Shown: positions 32,987 through 41,933, counted from the stretch's first letter. The stretch is 64,000 nt of DNA from Candidatus Thorarchaeota archaeon (GCA_048882045.1 JBHLRZ010000007.1:32001-96000), one strand, 5' to 3'. Numbers and translations: made by a program. Notes: generated by a model not told the origin, from the sequence alone.

Positions 32987-33885
32987 TGAGTATGACTAAG
33001 CAAAATATCCTCATCAAGAATCTGGAGGGATTGAACAAATCCATCTTCTTTAGAACAATGATAGCCCCATTAGAACCTCAGATAATAAAGCAGGAAGTAG
33101 TACAATCTGAGCACTTCATAGATTCCGACATCATCGTCGAGTTTCTAGAAAATCGTACATACTTGCCTGAGTTTGACTATATCGGTTATGAAGTAAAAAC
33201 TGTTGATCGTGTTAACGCAGTATATTTAATGATAAATCCAGATCCATTGAATCTTGATTATGTACCAAAAAACAGTCTGGTTATTTGCCATCACAAAATT
33301 TCTACTCACAATAATCGTATCTACAAAAAAATGCTTGACCACGCAAGAAATTCAAAATTCAACATTTACAACTTCCACCTGGGGTGGGATATTATGGAAG
33401 GTGGAATCTTAGATTCATTTCTGTTTGACTTTGGATTATCTCATCATGATTTCGAAAAGGTTGATCTTACATATCGAGGTTATCTAATTCCTCAATTAGG
33501 AGCTATATTCAAAAAAAGGTTAACAATGGAGGACATAATTAACAGACTTTACATGATGAATGTCCAGCTATCAGTTATCATTAATCCACAATGCAAGGCA
33601 TCCAAGGTTGGATACATACCTGGTGGTGGTTTTGTTGATGATATGGTCATAGAAATGGCGGATTTAGGTGTCGATGTTCTCATTTCATCAGACCATAATT
33701 GGGTAGTTGAAACTATTGCCAGAGAGGAAAGGATGACCCTAATTGAGATTGACCATTATCGCAGTGAACGTCATGGTTTACGAACAATGAAGAACCTCCT
33801 TGAGAACTCATTTTCAAACATTCCCATCAATATCCTAGAGAATGTTGATGGAATGGAACGAGCTCCATGCGATTGTAATTCTTGA
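32986..33885 (+). CDS. Nif3-like dinuclear metal-centre protein (divergent)
   Basis: CHH, FHLGWD, PGGG, IDHYRSE; start overlaps the lon stop. Confidence 0.75.
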   Translation: MSMTKQNILIKNLEGLNKSIFFRTMIAPLEPQIIKQEVVQSEHFIDSDIIVEFLENRTYLPEFDYIGYEVKTVDRVNAVYLMINPDPLNLDYVPKNSLVICHHKISTHNNRIYKKMLDHARNSKFNIYNFHLGWDIMEGGILDSFLFDFGLSHHDFEKVDLTYRGYLIPQLGAIFKKRLTMEDIINRLYMMNVQLSVIINPQCKASKVGYIPGGGFVDDMVIEMADLGVDVLISSDHNWVVETIAREERMTLIEIDHYRSERHGLRTMKNLLENSFSNIPINILENVDGMERAPCDCNS

Positions 33886-34003
33886 GGAATAAACATCCAA
33901 GAAGAACTGTCGTTGGTTAGAATTTAGTGTTAAATAGCGAAGTCTTGTTGCATGTTGGCTCAAACATACCTCTTCTATGATCGTTTCTTCAATTTACTCA
34001 TTT

Positions 34004-34903
34004 CTAATCCATCTTTGATTGAACTCTCTTCGCCCGAACGATCTTTACATTAACAATAATGTGGCTAGGGTTGATACGTTCCTGATTCTTGGTTTTAATG
34101 TAATAGAGTAAAATCAACAAGATATATCCAACATATGCAATGACCTCAATGGCTGAAGGATTCCCATTGTAACCGAATAGAGCTTTTGCGAGTCCACCAA
34201 TAAGACCTTTCTCATGCAAAAGTGGATAACTGCCATCTGGTAATAATGGAGGATTGATGTTCCAAAGTTCACTTGGACCTAAGGCTAAGAAACCTACTTC
34301 TTGAAGCTCATGAATACCATAGGCAATCATTCCAGCGGCAAATAATACCAAAAGGAAAGAAGTTGAATTGAAGAATGATTTTAGACTGATTCGTAATGAG
34401 CCTTGATAGATTCCAAATCCGACGAAGGCTGCGAATATTAACCCCAAGGCTACTGCAATAAAAGTCGTATAGCCTTCTTGGATTGCTAATGCAGCTGAGA
34501 ACAGGACTAATTCAACGCCCTCCCGCAAAACAAGAGCAAAAGCAAGAATGGGTAGACCGAGTTTCCCTCCCACAGTCCTCTCCTCAACGGATTGTCTGAT
34601 TTCTGTGGTTAGGTTTGTACTCGCCTTTCTCATCCAGAATATCATAGAAGTCAGGAGAAATGCAGCAAATAAAACAAGTGACCCCTCAAAGACCTCCAGC
34701 ATTGGTCCTTCAAATGACCCCCAAATCACCCCCAGCACAGAAGCTAATCCGATACTTGTGATTATTGCAAGTAATGTGCCGCTGATGATGCTACGATTCA
34801 TATTCTCTCTGCCAGTCTTGCGAAGATAAGAGAACATTATTGCAATGACAAGAGCAGCTTCAATACCTTCACGCAGTGCAACAATGAATGGTGCAATGAA
34901 CAT
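34004..34903 (-). CDS. FTR1/EfeU family iron permease
   Basis: Two RExxE motifs (LREGIE, LREGVE), GIHELQE, LFGY. Confidence 0.92.
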   Translation of the reverse strand: MFIAPFIVALREGIEAALVIAIMFSYLRKTGRENMNRSIISGTLLAIITSIGLASVLGVIWGSFEGPMLEVFEGSLVLFAAFLLTSMIFWMRKASTNLTTEIRQSVEERTVGGKLGLPILAFALVLREGVELVLFSAALAIQEGYTTFIAVALGLIFAAFVGFGIYQGSLRISLKSFFNSTSFLLVLFAAGMIAYGIHELQEVGFLALGPSELWNINPPLLPDGSYPLLHEKGLIGGLAKALFGYNGNPSAIEVIAYVGYILLILLYYIKTKNQERINPSHIIVNVKIVRAKRVQSKMD

Positions 34904-35062
34904 TATAGAATCCCCCTATCATGGAATATTCCTACTCGTCTAGCAGAAATTGACTTCGGAGAATGCCACATAACATAATGTCTATGCTTCTCTAGTCTAT
35001 AGATAAACGATATAGAAGACCCATTGATTTCCTTTTTTGGATCCACAACTCTGCTCATGAGT

Positions 35063-35455
35063 TCAACCTCCTCCTGTACCAACCAAAAATACGATTGTGT
35101 CACCTTCATCGAGTCTTCTATTCATTTTTTCTTTTGAATCGAGTCCCATTCTTAGTTTCCAACCCGTTACGATTATTTTCCCATTAACTATGATTATTGT
35201 TTCATTACTGAGGGTTTTGCTTTTCTTCTCGTCTAGATACGCATCCAATGAATAAACAAACTCACTCATCAAGTGATCAATGAGATCAGTGAGCGAAGTT
35301 CCTTCTTGAATATGAAGTGGAAATTTGTTATAGTTTGATTCTCTTAGGCCCCTATTCAACAGCTTAATGAAGACTTGAATCACTGAGTTTTTCCCCTTCG
35401 ATAGTTTTTGTCTAGAATACAACTTTGGCTTGTTGTAAATTTTCGAGAGTGTCAT
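35063..35455 (-). CDS. MoaD/ThiS/SAMP ubiquitin-like beta-grasp protein
   Basis: IIIVNG...LDEGDTIVFLVGTGGG with terminal GG; basic N-terminal extension. Confidence 0.8.
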   Translation of the reverse strand: MTLSKIYNKPKLYSRQKLSKGKNSVIQVFIKLLNRGLRESNYNKFPLHIQEGTSLTDLIDHLMSEFVYSLDAYLDEKKSKTLSNETIIIVNGKIIVTGWKLRMGLDSKEKMNRRLDEGDTIVFLVGTGGG

Positions 35456-35486
35456 ATTGTAGAATTCCTTCTTTGATATGCATCTC

Positions 35487-35672
35487 TTAGCCGCAGCAAC
35501 CTCGTCGGGGTATTGCTACTATTCTACGCTGTGAATAGAAATCGGGGGAATCATCAAAACTTGTTTTGCATGACTGCTTGCAGAAATAGTATCTTTTTCC
35601 CATGTAGTCAGAATAATACTTAGTTACGTTTTCGTTAACCTCTAATCCACAAACTGGATCTTTTACCATCAT
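35487..35672 (-). CDS. YHS/TRASH protein with a C-terminal GCCG tail
   Basis: KDPVCGLEV...YMGKRYYFCKQSCK...RRGCCG. Confidence 0.9.
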   Translation of the reverse strand: MMVKDPVCGLEVNENVTKYYSDYMGKRYYFCKQSCKTSFDDSPDFYSQRRIVAIPRRGCCG

Positions 35673-35793
35673 TATATCACCTTCAGTTCCAGTTCTACTC
35701 TTGTGCTTTCAATATTCAAGATCTTGGTTAACGAGCATTGCCATCAAATAGGCCAATTGTTCACCCAATCTCTTGATTCTATATTACCACAAG

Positions 35794-35871
35794 GATATAT
35801 CGGAACTGTATTATTATGGCACGCTTCAGCTTATAAATATATCGTGTTAGATATATCTTGCATGATATATA
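35794..35871. promoter_or_regulatory. GATATATC operator array upstream of the YHS-SAMP-FTR1 genes
   Basis: GATATATC 35794, AATATATC 35836, GATATATC 35850, GATATATA 35864; all in 14-bp phase. Confidence 0.75.
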
Positions 35872-35964
35872 ATTGCGTTAGTAATTCAAAAGAAAAAAGA
35901 GAGAGAAGTGGGAATCTTCTCCCGCCCATTTAAAAATTGCACAATAATCCTTAGGCTAAGGTCC

Positions 35965-36117
35965 TTACTCTTCAATTCCCACTTCTAGATTGTATTTCTC
36001 AGGATTGGCATCAAACATCTTCTTATGCTCTGAGTTCATAAAGTAGTAGGTCTTGCCCTTATAGACAGATTTGATGTTTGGTTTACCCATCATACCGCAA
36101 ACGGGACATTTTGACAT
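35965..36117 (-). CDS. YHS/TRASH variant, 50 aa (not in the ORF track)
   Basis: MSKCPVCGMMGKPNIKSVYKGKTYYFMNSEHKKMFDANPEKYNLEVGIEE; GGTGA RBS upstream. Confidence 0.88.
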   Translation of the reverse strand: MSKCPVCGMMGKPNIKSVYKGKTYYFMNSEHKKMFDANPEKYNLEVGIEE

Positions 36118-36193
36118 TTTTTCTTCACCATGTGTCCAGATCATCTATTCCCATTCAGGATATAGAGTACCCACCAATTGGAGGGCACTCCCA

Positions 36194-36285
36194 TTTATAT
36201 CCATAGAGATATATCGTAGACGACTATGTCAATGCCACAAGCAAATATAAATCTATCGTACTAGATATATCCAAGCGGATTTATT
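36194..36285. promoter_or_regulatory. GATATATC operator array upstream of the variant YHS gene
   Basis: TTTATATC 36194, GATATATC 36208, GACTATGT 36222, AATCTATC 36250, GATATATC 36264, GATTTATT 36278; all in 14-bp phase. Confidence 0.75.
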
Positions 36286-36378
36286 CAAGTTGATTATAAA
36301 TTAGTAGTTCATCTATTCTTTTGGTATGAGTTGTATTGAAGACATTCGAGTTCATTGGAACTCAAAATCGTCTCATTA

Positions 36379-36966
36379 CTAGCCAACGAAGTATTCGCTT
36401 TCCTTCTCATTCGCAGCTTCACTCATCATTCTTAGAAGCTCATGAAAGGTGTCCTGAATATTAGCCCCAGTCCTTGCAGAGGTTTCTCGGAATATTGCTG
36501 GGACTCCGAGTTTGTTGATGAAGTACTGTGTGAATGCCTGACCTTCTTCTGGAGTTACATACTTTTTCTTGTCGAGACTCGTTCTCAGATCTATCTTGTT
36601 ACCGATAATTACAGTTGGTGGAAGTGGCCCCATGTTCCTAAAAGCTTCAACCAGCCATTTAGAGGCATTATCAAATGACTCACGATCGATTACAGAATAC
36701 ACAAGTAGGATTCCGTTGCAGCCAGCATAATAATGACCTCGCACTTTCTCGAAAGTCGGCTGACCTGCCAGGTCCCAAATGATGAACTTGACAACATCCT
36801 GCTCGAACAACACACGCTTGGTAGCGAGGTCGACACCGATTGTGGCAAGGTGTCCCTCGATGAAGTCCTCTCCAAGATAATTGCGTCTGATACTTGTCTT
36901 TCCGACAGCTCCGTCTCCAATAAGGACTGCTTTCATGATTTTGCTGCCGTCGTCTTGGTCTCGCAT
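36379..36966 (-). CDS. Rab-like small GTPase
   Basis: GDGAVGKTS, TIGVDL, WDLAGQ, NKID, ETSAR. Confidence 0.93.
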   Translation of the reverse strand: MRDQDDGSKIMKAVLIGDGAVGKTSIRRNYLGEDFIEGHLATIGVDLATKRVLFEQDVVKFIIWDLAGQPTFEKVRGHYYAGCNGILLVYSVIDRESFDNASKWLVEAFRNMGPLPPTVIIGNKIDLRTSLDKKKYVTPEEGQAFTQYFINKLGVPAIFRETSARTGANIQDTFHELLRMMSEAANEKESEYFVG

Positions 36967-37125
36967 GTCGTGGATCTCCTCAGTACCTTGTTGGCGTGAT
37001 GTAGTTCACAAGCCCTCCCGAATAATGTGACTACAGAAAATGCAAAGCTTGGTGCAAGATAAGGTTAATGTTCTAGAACCAAAAAGAGCTTGTGATAGGA
37101 ATCCCCATCAAACATCATGTGATGG

Positions 37126-38352
37126 TCACTCAAATAGAGAACGTATTATCTTAGTCATCTTTCGAGGACTAACAGATCCAATCTTAATTCTTTCACAAGA
37201 ATGAAACGTAGCAAAATCAGAAACACCTTGCCTGAGTCGCTCTAAACCATCGCGAGACTGCAATGATTCTTCTTCCAAGTAGAGTGATTTAATCTCAAGT
37301 ACTCCCTCTTTTCTATGAACCTTAGCATCTAATCTGCCAGCCAACTGGATCCCATCTAGAATGGGAAGCACAAAGTATCCATAGATGCGTTTTGAAGCAG
37401 GAACATAACACTCGATTGTGTATTCAAAGTTCCAAATTTGTTGAGGAAAGTGCCTCTCACGAAGAATGTTGTCAAACGGTGTAAGAATCTTGATAGGCGC
37501 TTCATCAGAAACAACATTCTGATTGAGTAGAGCATCAACAGAACTCTGGAGTATGTAGTATTTACCCTTCACACCCTCAATGGAAACGGTCTCGAGAGCA
37601 CCATCAGAAACCTTTTCATCCAAGAACGCTTCAACCTCGGTCTTCTTGCCGTTCCAGAGTTTTTGCGCAGGAAGGCGTCCGAGGTATGTACGAATGTCCT
37701 GATAGTTTCCCAGACCCAACGAACCAAGGGTTGTCTCAACTATGAATCTTGCAGCCTCATCATTCGAAAGTGGTTCTGTATCAATCCCGGGAGGGATTAC
37801 TCGTTCTGCGAGGTCGTACTGCTTCTGGAAGTTCTCCCTGTAGGCAACCATCAGTCTTCCAGTTGTATACAGATATTCCAATGCTCGTTTCTCAACCTTC
37901 CAGTCCCACCAACCATCTGACTTTGTCTTTCGCTCTCCAACAGAGGCACTGTTTGTAATCCCCTCCTTCTTAACTTTCTTGTAGACTTGCTCGATGAGAC
38001 CCTTGTTCTCTTTGCCCCACTTTCGGAACGACGCCCAGAGTTCCTCGGGGTAGAAAGATCGCCTCCACGCATAGAAGGGGTAGGTCGCTATAGGCATCAG
38101 ACAGGCAGAATGGGACCAATACTCGAAGAGCTTGCCCTCCTTCTGCAGTTCCCAGATGTCACCCTCTCGATAATTGGGATAGCGATTGAATGAGATGAGG
38201 TTGTGACTTCTTGACACTACTGATATCGTATCGATCTGGATGCTGTGGATCCGATTGGCTACATCCAACGTGGACTTGCTTGGCTTGTCGGTTCTGAGAC
38301 CCTGTGCATCAAGAACCAGTCTCCTTACGTCCTCGATGGATGCTTCAATCAT
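37126..38352 (-). CDS. ycaQ: YcaQ/AlkZ-family DNA crosslink-repair glycosylase
   Basis: IQIDTISVVSRSH (QxD motif), LFEYWSH, WWDWK, PFDN, ECYVPASKRIYGYFVLPIL. Confidence 0.88.
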   Translation of the reverse strand: MIEASIEDVRRLVLDAQGLRTDKPSKSTLDVANRIHSIQIDTISVVSRSHNLISFNRYPNYREGDIWELQKEGKLFEYWSHSACLMPIATYPFYAWRRSFYPEELWASFRKWGKENKGLIEQVYKKVKKEGITNSASVGERKTKSDGWWDWKVEKRALEYLYTTGRLMVAYRENFQKQYDLAERVIPPGIDTEPLSNDEAARFIVETTLGSLGLGNYQDIRTYLGRLPAQKLWNGKKTEVEAFLDEKVSDGALETVSIEGVKGKYYILQSSVDALLNQNVVSDEAPIKILTPFDNILRERHFPQQIWNFEYTIECYVPASKRIYGYFVLPILDGIQLAGRLDAKVHRKEGVLEIKSLYLEEESLQSRDGLERLRQGVSDFATFHSCERIKIGSVSPRKMTKIIRSLFE

Positions 38353-38548
38353 GATTGAGTATCCAGATAGCGCCCCCTGATAATTTCATCCCTCAAAGAA
38401 AACGAGGATATCAGATGCAGATAAAGCCTCAGTCAAATTCCTCGTTCAACATAATTGGCTACGCGGTCAGCACGAGAGGCATCCCCTCCCTCCCCAGCTG
38501 ATGGGAGTGTAGATATTATAAACAAGCTATCACATTGGAATATCAATT

Positions 38549-39469
38549 ATGTGTGGGGAAATGATAATGGTGATTGTTGACGCTCATTGCCATATATGGG
38601 AAAAGAAACACCAAGGGTCAGTGTTTATCAAAGACTTTCAAAGCCTCGCTAAAATGCGGGGTTGGGATCTAGAACTGATGATGGATGGGACGGCGAACCG
38701 CTTAATTTGCGAGATGGATGAGGCCGGAATCGATCAAGCGGTAGTCTTGGCGTTAGATACTGAATTTATGACTACGGACGGGGCGACAGCGAAGGAGTAC
38801 AATGATTACGTCGCTCAACAGCTTCGAGCGTATCCCGATCGGTTTATTGGGTTCTGTGGGATCGACCCGCGGAGAGGGAAGGGAGCCATCCGCGAGTTGG
38901 AGCGCTGTGTCGGGGATCACGGGTTCCGCGGAGTAAAACTGTGGCCTCTCACCGGGTTCTATCCCGACGATCCTGCATTTTATTCATTTTATGAAAGGGT
39001 GGAGGAAATGGGCATCCCGATCCTGTGCCATACAGGCCGGGGCTCGACTTCCACGTACTTGAAGTATAATCGCCCGGTGTATGTCGACACCATCGCAGTG
39101 GATTTTCCCCATATTCCCATTATCATGGCGCACATTGGGATCCCATGGACGCAGGAAGCCTTCACCGTGGCTGGGAAAAATCCCAATGTCTATGTTGATC
39201 TTTCTTCGGTTCAACCTCTGTTCAAACAAGCGCCTGTGTCGTTTTTCCAAACCCTTAGCGAGGCGAAAATGACGTGCGGGGTGGAAAAGATTCTGTTTGG
39301 GAGCGACTGGCCGATCTTTACGCCACTCTGTCCCCAACGCGAGTGGGTAGAAGCCATCCAAACCATGGCCCTCCCACCACCCCTTCAAGCAATGGGGTTT
39401 CAGGAGTTTACGGAGGCCGAGAAACGTCTGATTCTCGGAGGTAACGCCAAAAAAGCTTTGGGGATATAG
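38549..39469 (+). CDS. Amidohydrolase_2 family metal-dependent hydrolase
   Basis: DAHCH, GVKL, CHTG, MAHIG, NVYVDLS, LFGSDWP. Confidence 0.9.
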   Translation: MCGEMIMVIVDAHCHIWEKKHQGSVFIKDFQSLAKMRGWDLELMMDGTANRLICEMDEAGIDQAVVLALDTEFMTTDGATAKEYNDYVAQQLRAYPDRFIGFCGIDPRRGKGAIRELERCVGDHGFRGVKLWPLTGFYPDDPAFYSFYERVEEMGIPILCHTGRGSTSTYLKYNRPVYVDTIAVDFPHIPIIMAHIGIPWTQEAFTVAGKNPNVYVDLSSVQPLFKQAPVSFFQTLSEAKMTCGVEKILFGSDWPIFTPLCPQREWVEAIQTMALPPPLQAMGFQEFTEAEKRLILGGNAKKALGI

Positions 39470-39631
39470 AGTGGGAAGCCAATCACTTTGAACTACCATC
39501 AAGGATATGTCGATGGTGATAAAATCAAAAAGGTTCGAAAAAAGGTGGAGGAGATTCTCAGAGGTCTGATCTAGTAGCAACAAGAACTTAAGGCATCACA
39601 GTCATACCGGAAAATTCTGGAGTCACAGGAT

Positions 39632-40414
39632 ATGAGTCAGCAGAGTGAAGCAGAGTCCAATACTCAAGAGTTGACCAAGTACTTCCAGGAACTACTGGAA
39701 GAAGAAGGTGAGCAGGGAGATATTGGAGTCACTAGCTTTCACATCGTCTTTGATAATTTGTTGGATGTACAGAAGGACAAGCTCCGCGAAACCGCAGGAG
39801 ATCAATTCGAAAACCTCTATGAATCTGGATCAATCATCTGTTTTGCAGTGAGCTACAAAGATCCAGCGATTGACTATATCGATGACAGAGAGAACGGAAA
39901 ACCAGATTATAAGCTCTGGAACGAGTATGCAATGGAATATCATAGAATCAATCAGGTTCTCAACAAAATGGCTGAATCAATAGCTTCTCGTTTCGAGGGC
40001 ATTCCTCTCAAAGCGACCATTGGCGGAGAGATTGGACATATAGACCATGTCCACGATTATTTCCCAATGGTGGTCTCTCATAGAGTTGTTGCTGAAAACG
40101 CTGGTATAGGTTGGCGAGGGAAGAACCAACTTGTCATTCATGAGAAGTATAGCTGTGCCCTTCGCTTTTCGTCGGTTCTCGTGAACCTACCATTGATACA
40201 CGGAGAGAAAATGGAATCAAAGTGTGGTGAATGCACTGCGTGTGAGGATGTATGTGGATACATCAGGCATCGAGAGAAGCTTCCGGACTATCGGGAGAAC
40301 TGCAGAAGGTACATTCTGTTCTTGAAGTCAAATGGGATTGAGAAAGACATCTGTGGTAAGTGCATAAAAGCTTGCTACCGCAAAAGTGACTTCAGCAAAC
40401 AGTTTTCGCTCTAG
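39632..40414 (+). CDS. Epoxyqueuosine reductase (QueG)-like Fe-S protein
   Basis: SHRVVAENAGIGWRGKNQL, CGECTACEDVC, C...CGKCIKAC. Confidence 0.78.
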   Translation: MSQQSEAESNTQELTKYFQELLEEEGEQGDIGVTSFHIVFDNLLDVQKDKLRETAGDQFENLYESGSIICFAVSYKDPAIDYIDDRENGKPDYKLWNEYAMEYHRINQVLNKMAESIASRFEGIPLKATIGGEIGHIDHVHDYFPMVVSHRVVAENAGIGWRGKNQLVIHEKYSCALRFSSVLVNLPLIHGEKMESKCGECTACEDVCGYIRHREKLPDYRENCRRYILFLKSNGIEKDICGKCIKACYRKSDFSKQFSL

Positions 40415-40980
40415 GCGCTGAAGCTTTCCTTCGATTCGCTCCACCAAGACCTCCAACTGTCAAACATTCGAATATAATCAGGTTCTTGGAGACCCCCAAC
40501 GAATGTAGGTCCGGGATTCCCAATTGCCTTTCGGATCAAGACAATCTGCCCAACATGACCCAAGTAATGCAGGGCAATTCGTTGAATGCTCTCCTCAAGT
40601 GTTTCGTTGATCTCAGGAAACAAAATTTCCGGATACGCGTCGTCATCCAGTGAATCGAGATAAGAGAATCCTTTCTCGGAAACCCCCAGATACTCATCGA
40701 CGAGTTCATCAAAGGAAAAGGGAGGACTTACTGTATCAATCTCCTCCTTTGTCGTCGCATATCGATAGTAGTGCATCACATCTTTTGAAAACAGACGTGT
40801 GTCTTGACAGGTCAAACACAGCACCATATGAAAATGGACAAAGCAATGTCCAACAATCCAACTGATGCTGTTGAATTCTGGTTGGGGTCGTATGGTTACT
40901 TCATCTGGCTGTATGCCTTTGAATGAGTTGAGAAGGTTTACCTCTGCAGCTCGGAGTAGGTTGATTGCGGATTTCTTCAT
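40411..40980 (-). CDS. DinB/DUF664 family protein
   Basis: NSISWIVGH...HYLGHVGQI; GGAG just upstream of ATG 40980. Confidence 0.82.
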   Translation of the reverse strand: MKKSAINLLRAAEVNLLNSFKGIQPDEVTIRPQPEFNSISWIVGHCFVHFHMVLCLTCQDTRLFSKDVMHYYRYATTKEEIDTVSPPFSFDELVDEYLGVSEKGFSYLDSLDDDAYPEILFPEINETLEESIQRIALHYLGHVGQIVLIRKAIGNPGPTFVGGLQEPDYIRMFDSWRSWWSESKESFSA

Positions 40981-41091
40981 CTCCTTCACGCACTCGATTG
41001 ATTGGGCATCCCTGAAATAAATCCTGACATCTAAGAAAAAGCGATGATGTAAAAAGGAAGGATATCTGTGTTCAGAATAAGAGGGAGATAG

Positions 41092-41514
41092 TTGAAGAAT
41101 CAAACACCATTCGCGCTATGTATCATTGGGGGTCTGTTTCTTATTGCTGCCGGATACAACCATGGGATAGCCACAATATTCTTGATCTATGCTTTTGTGC
41201 ATGCAATCGCCGCATTAGCTCCATATTATGTCATCATTGATTTTGTATTGCTTCTTTTGGGTGTCATTGCGTGGACTGGCGGTTATGCGGTCATTCTCGG
41301 AGGATACCTTCTCACAACCTCACATGTCAGAATGGGCAAGTTCATTATCGCAATAGCTGCAGGATTTGGACTCATCAGCTTCATCCTGACGATAGTGTGG
41401 GTGTATCTTGCCTTTGGAATCACTGGACTCCTTGTTCTCACATGGTTGATCATGAACTCAATCTGGGCGATAGGACTGATTCTGACGATAATTGCGAGAA
41501 GCACCGCGAAATGA
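41092..41514 (+). CDS. Small four-TM membrane protein
   Basis: Hydrophobic ORF with GGGAG RBS. Confidence 0.65.
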   Translation: MKNQTPFALCIIGGLFLIAAGYNHGIATIFLIYAFVHAIAALAPYYVIIDFVLLLLGVIAWTGGYAVILGGYLLTTSHVRMGKFIIAIAAGFGLISFILTIVWVYLAFGITGLLVLTWLIMNSIWAIGLILTIIARSTAK

Positions 41515-41569
41515 CTTTGCAATCATTTTTCAGATGGCTTGTTTGCGATATATGGGAGAGGTTTCACAT

Positions 41570-41890
41570 ATGAGTTTGCAAAACAAGTTCGAAGAGGAGA
41601 TGAAGGACATCTGCGAGGAGTACGCCAACTTACTCAGACAGAAGAAACTCGTTGAACAACAACTTGATACATTGCATGACTATCTTGAGGTGACTATGCG
41701 AAAATATGACAAGGACGAATATGACGATCCCAATGTCCCTGTAAAGGTTGACAAGATAGTCTATACAAGTGAGCGAATGAGAAAGGGTGCTAAGGACAAA
41801 CTCAAAAAGATGCTTAGTGAAAAACAGTGGTCCGAGATCTACAGAGAGAAAGAAGTCACAGCATATCGAGTGACCCCTCGGGAAGACTGA
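41570..41890 (+). CDS. Hypothetical coiled-coil protein
   Basis: Charged helical ORF; GAGG upstream of ATG 41570. Confidence 0.6.
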   Translation: MSLQNKFEEEMKDICEEYANLLRQKKLVEQQLDTLHDYLEVTMRKYDKDEYDDPNVPVKVDKIVYTSERMRKGAKDKLKKMLSEKQWSEIYREKEVTAYRVTPRED

Positions 41891-41933
41891 TTGCTTCTAA
41901 TTGCCGCTGAGTTGTACCATTTCAGAGGAAAAT

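Noticed and set aside
33883-33930. Selenocysteine read-through after ...PCDCNS-TGA of the Nif3-like gene
   Set aside because: The Nif3 domain is already complete, the extension is short and motif-less, and I recognised no SECIS
34903-35109. 68-aa ORF between the SAMP-like gene and FTR1
   Set aside because: Overlaps the SAMP-like gene and has no recognisable motif; a shorter coupled peptide cannot be excluded but is unsupported
35703-35933. 76-aa plus-strand ORF
   Set aside because: Lies across the operator array, opposite the YHS genes; likely spurious
29388-36285. 14-bp periodic boxes as a CRISPR array or iterons
   Set aside because: The units are only 8 bp with 6-bp gaps and occur only in promoter regions; no cas or rep gene is present
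38984-39583. 199-aa minus-strand ORF
   Set aside because: Antisense shadow of the GC-rich amidohydrolase
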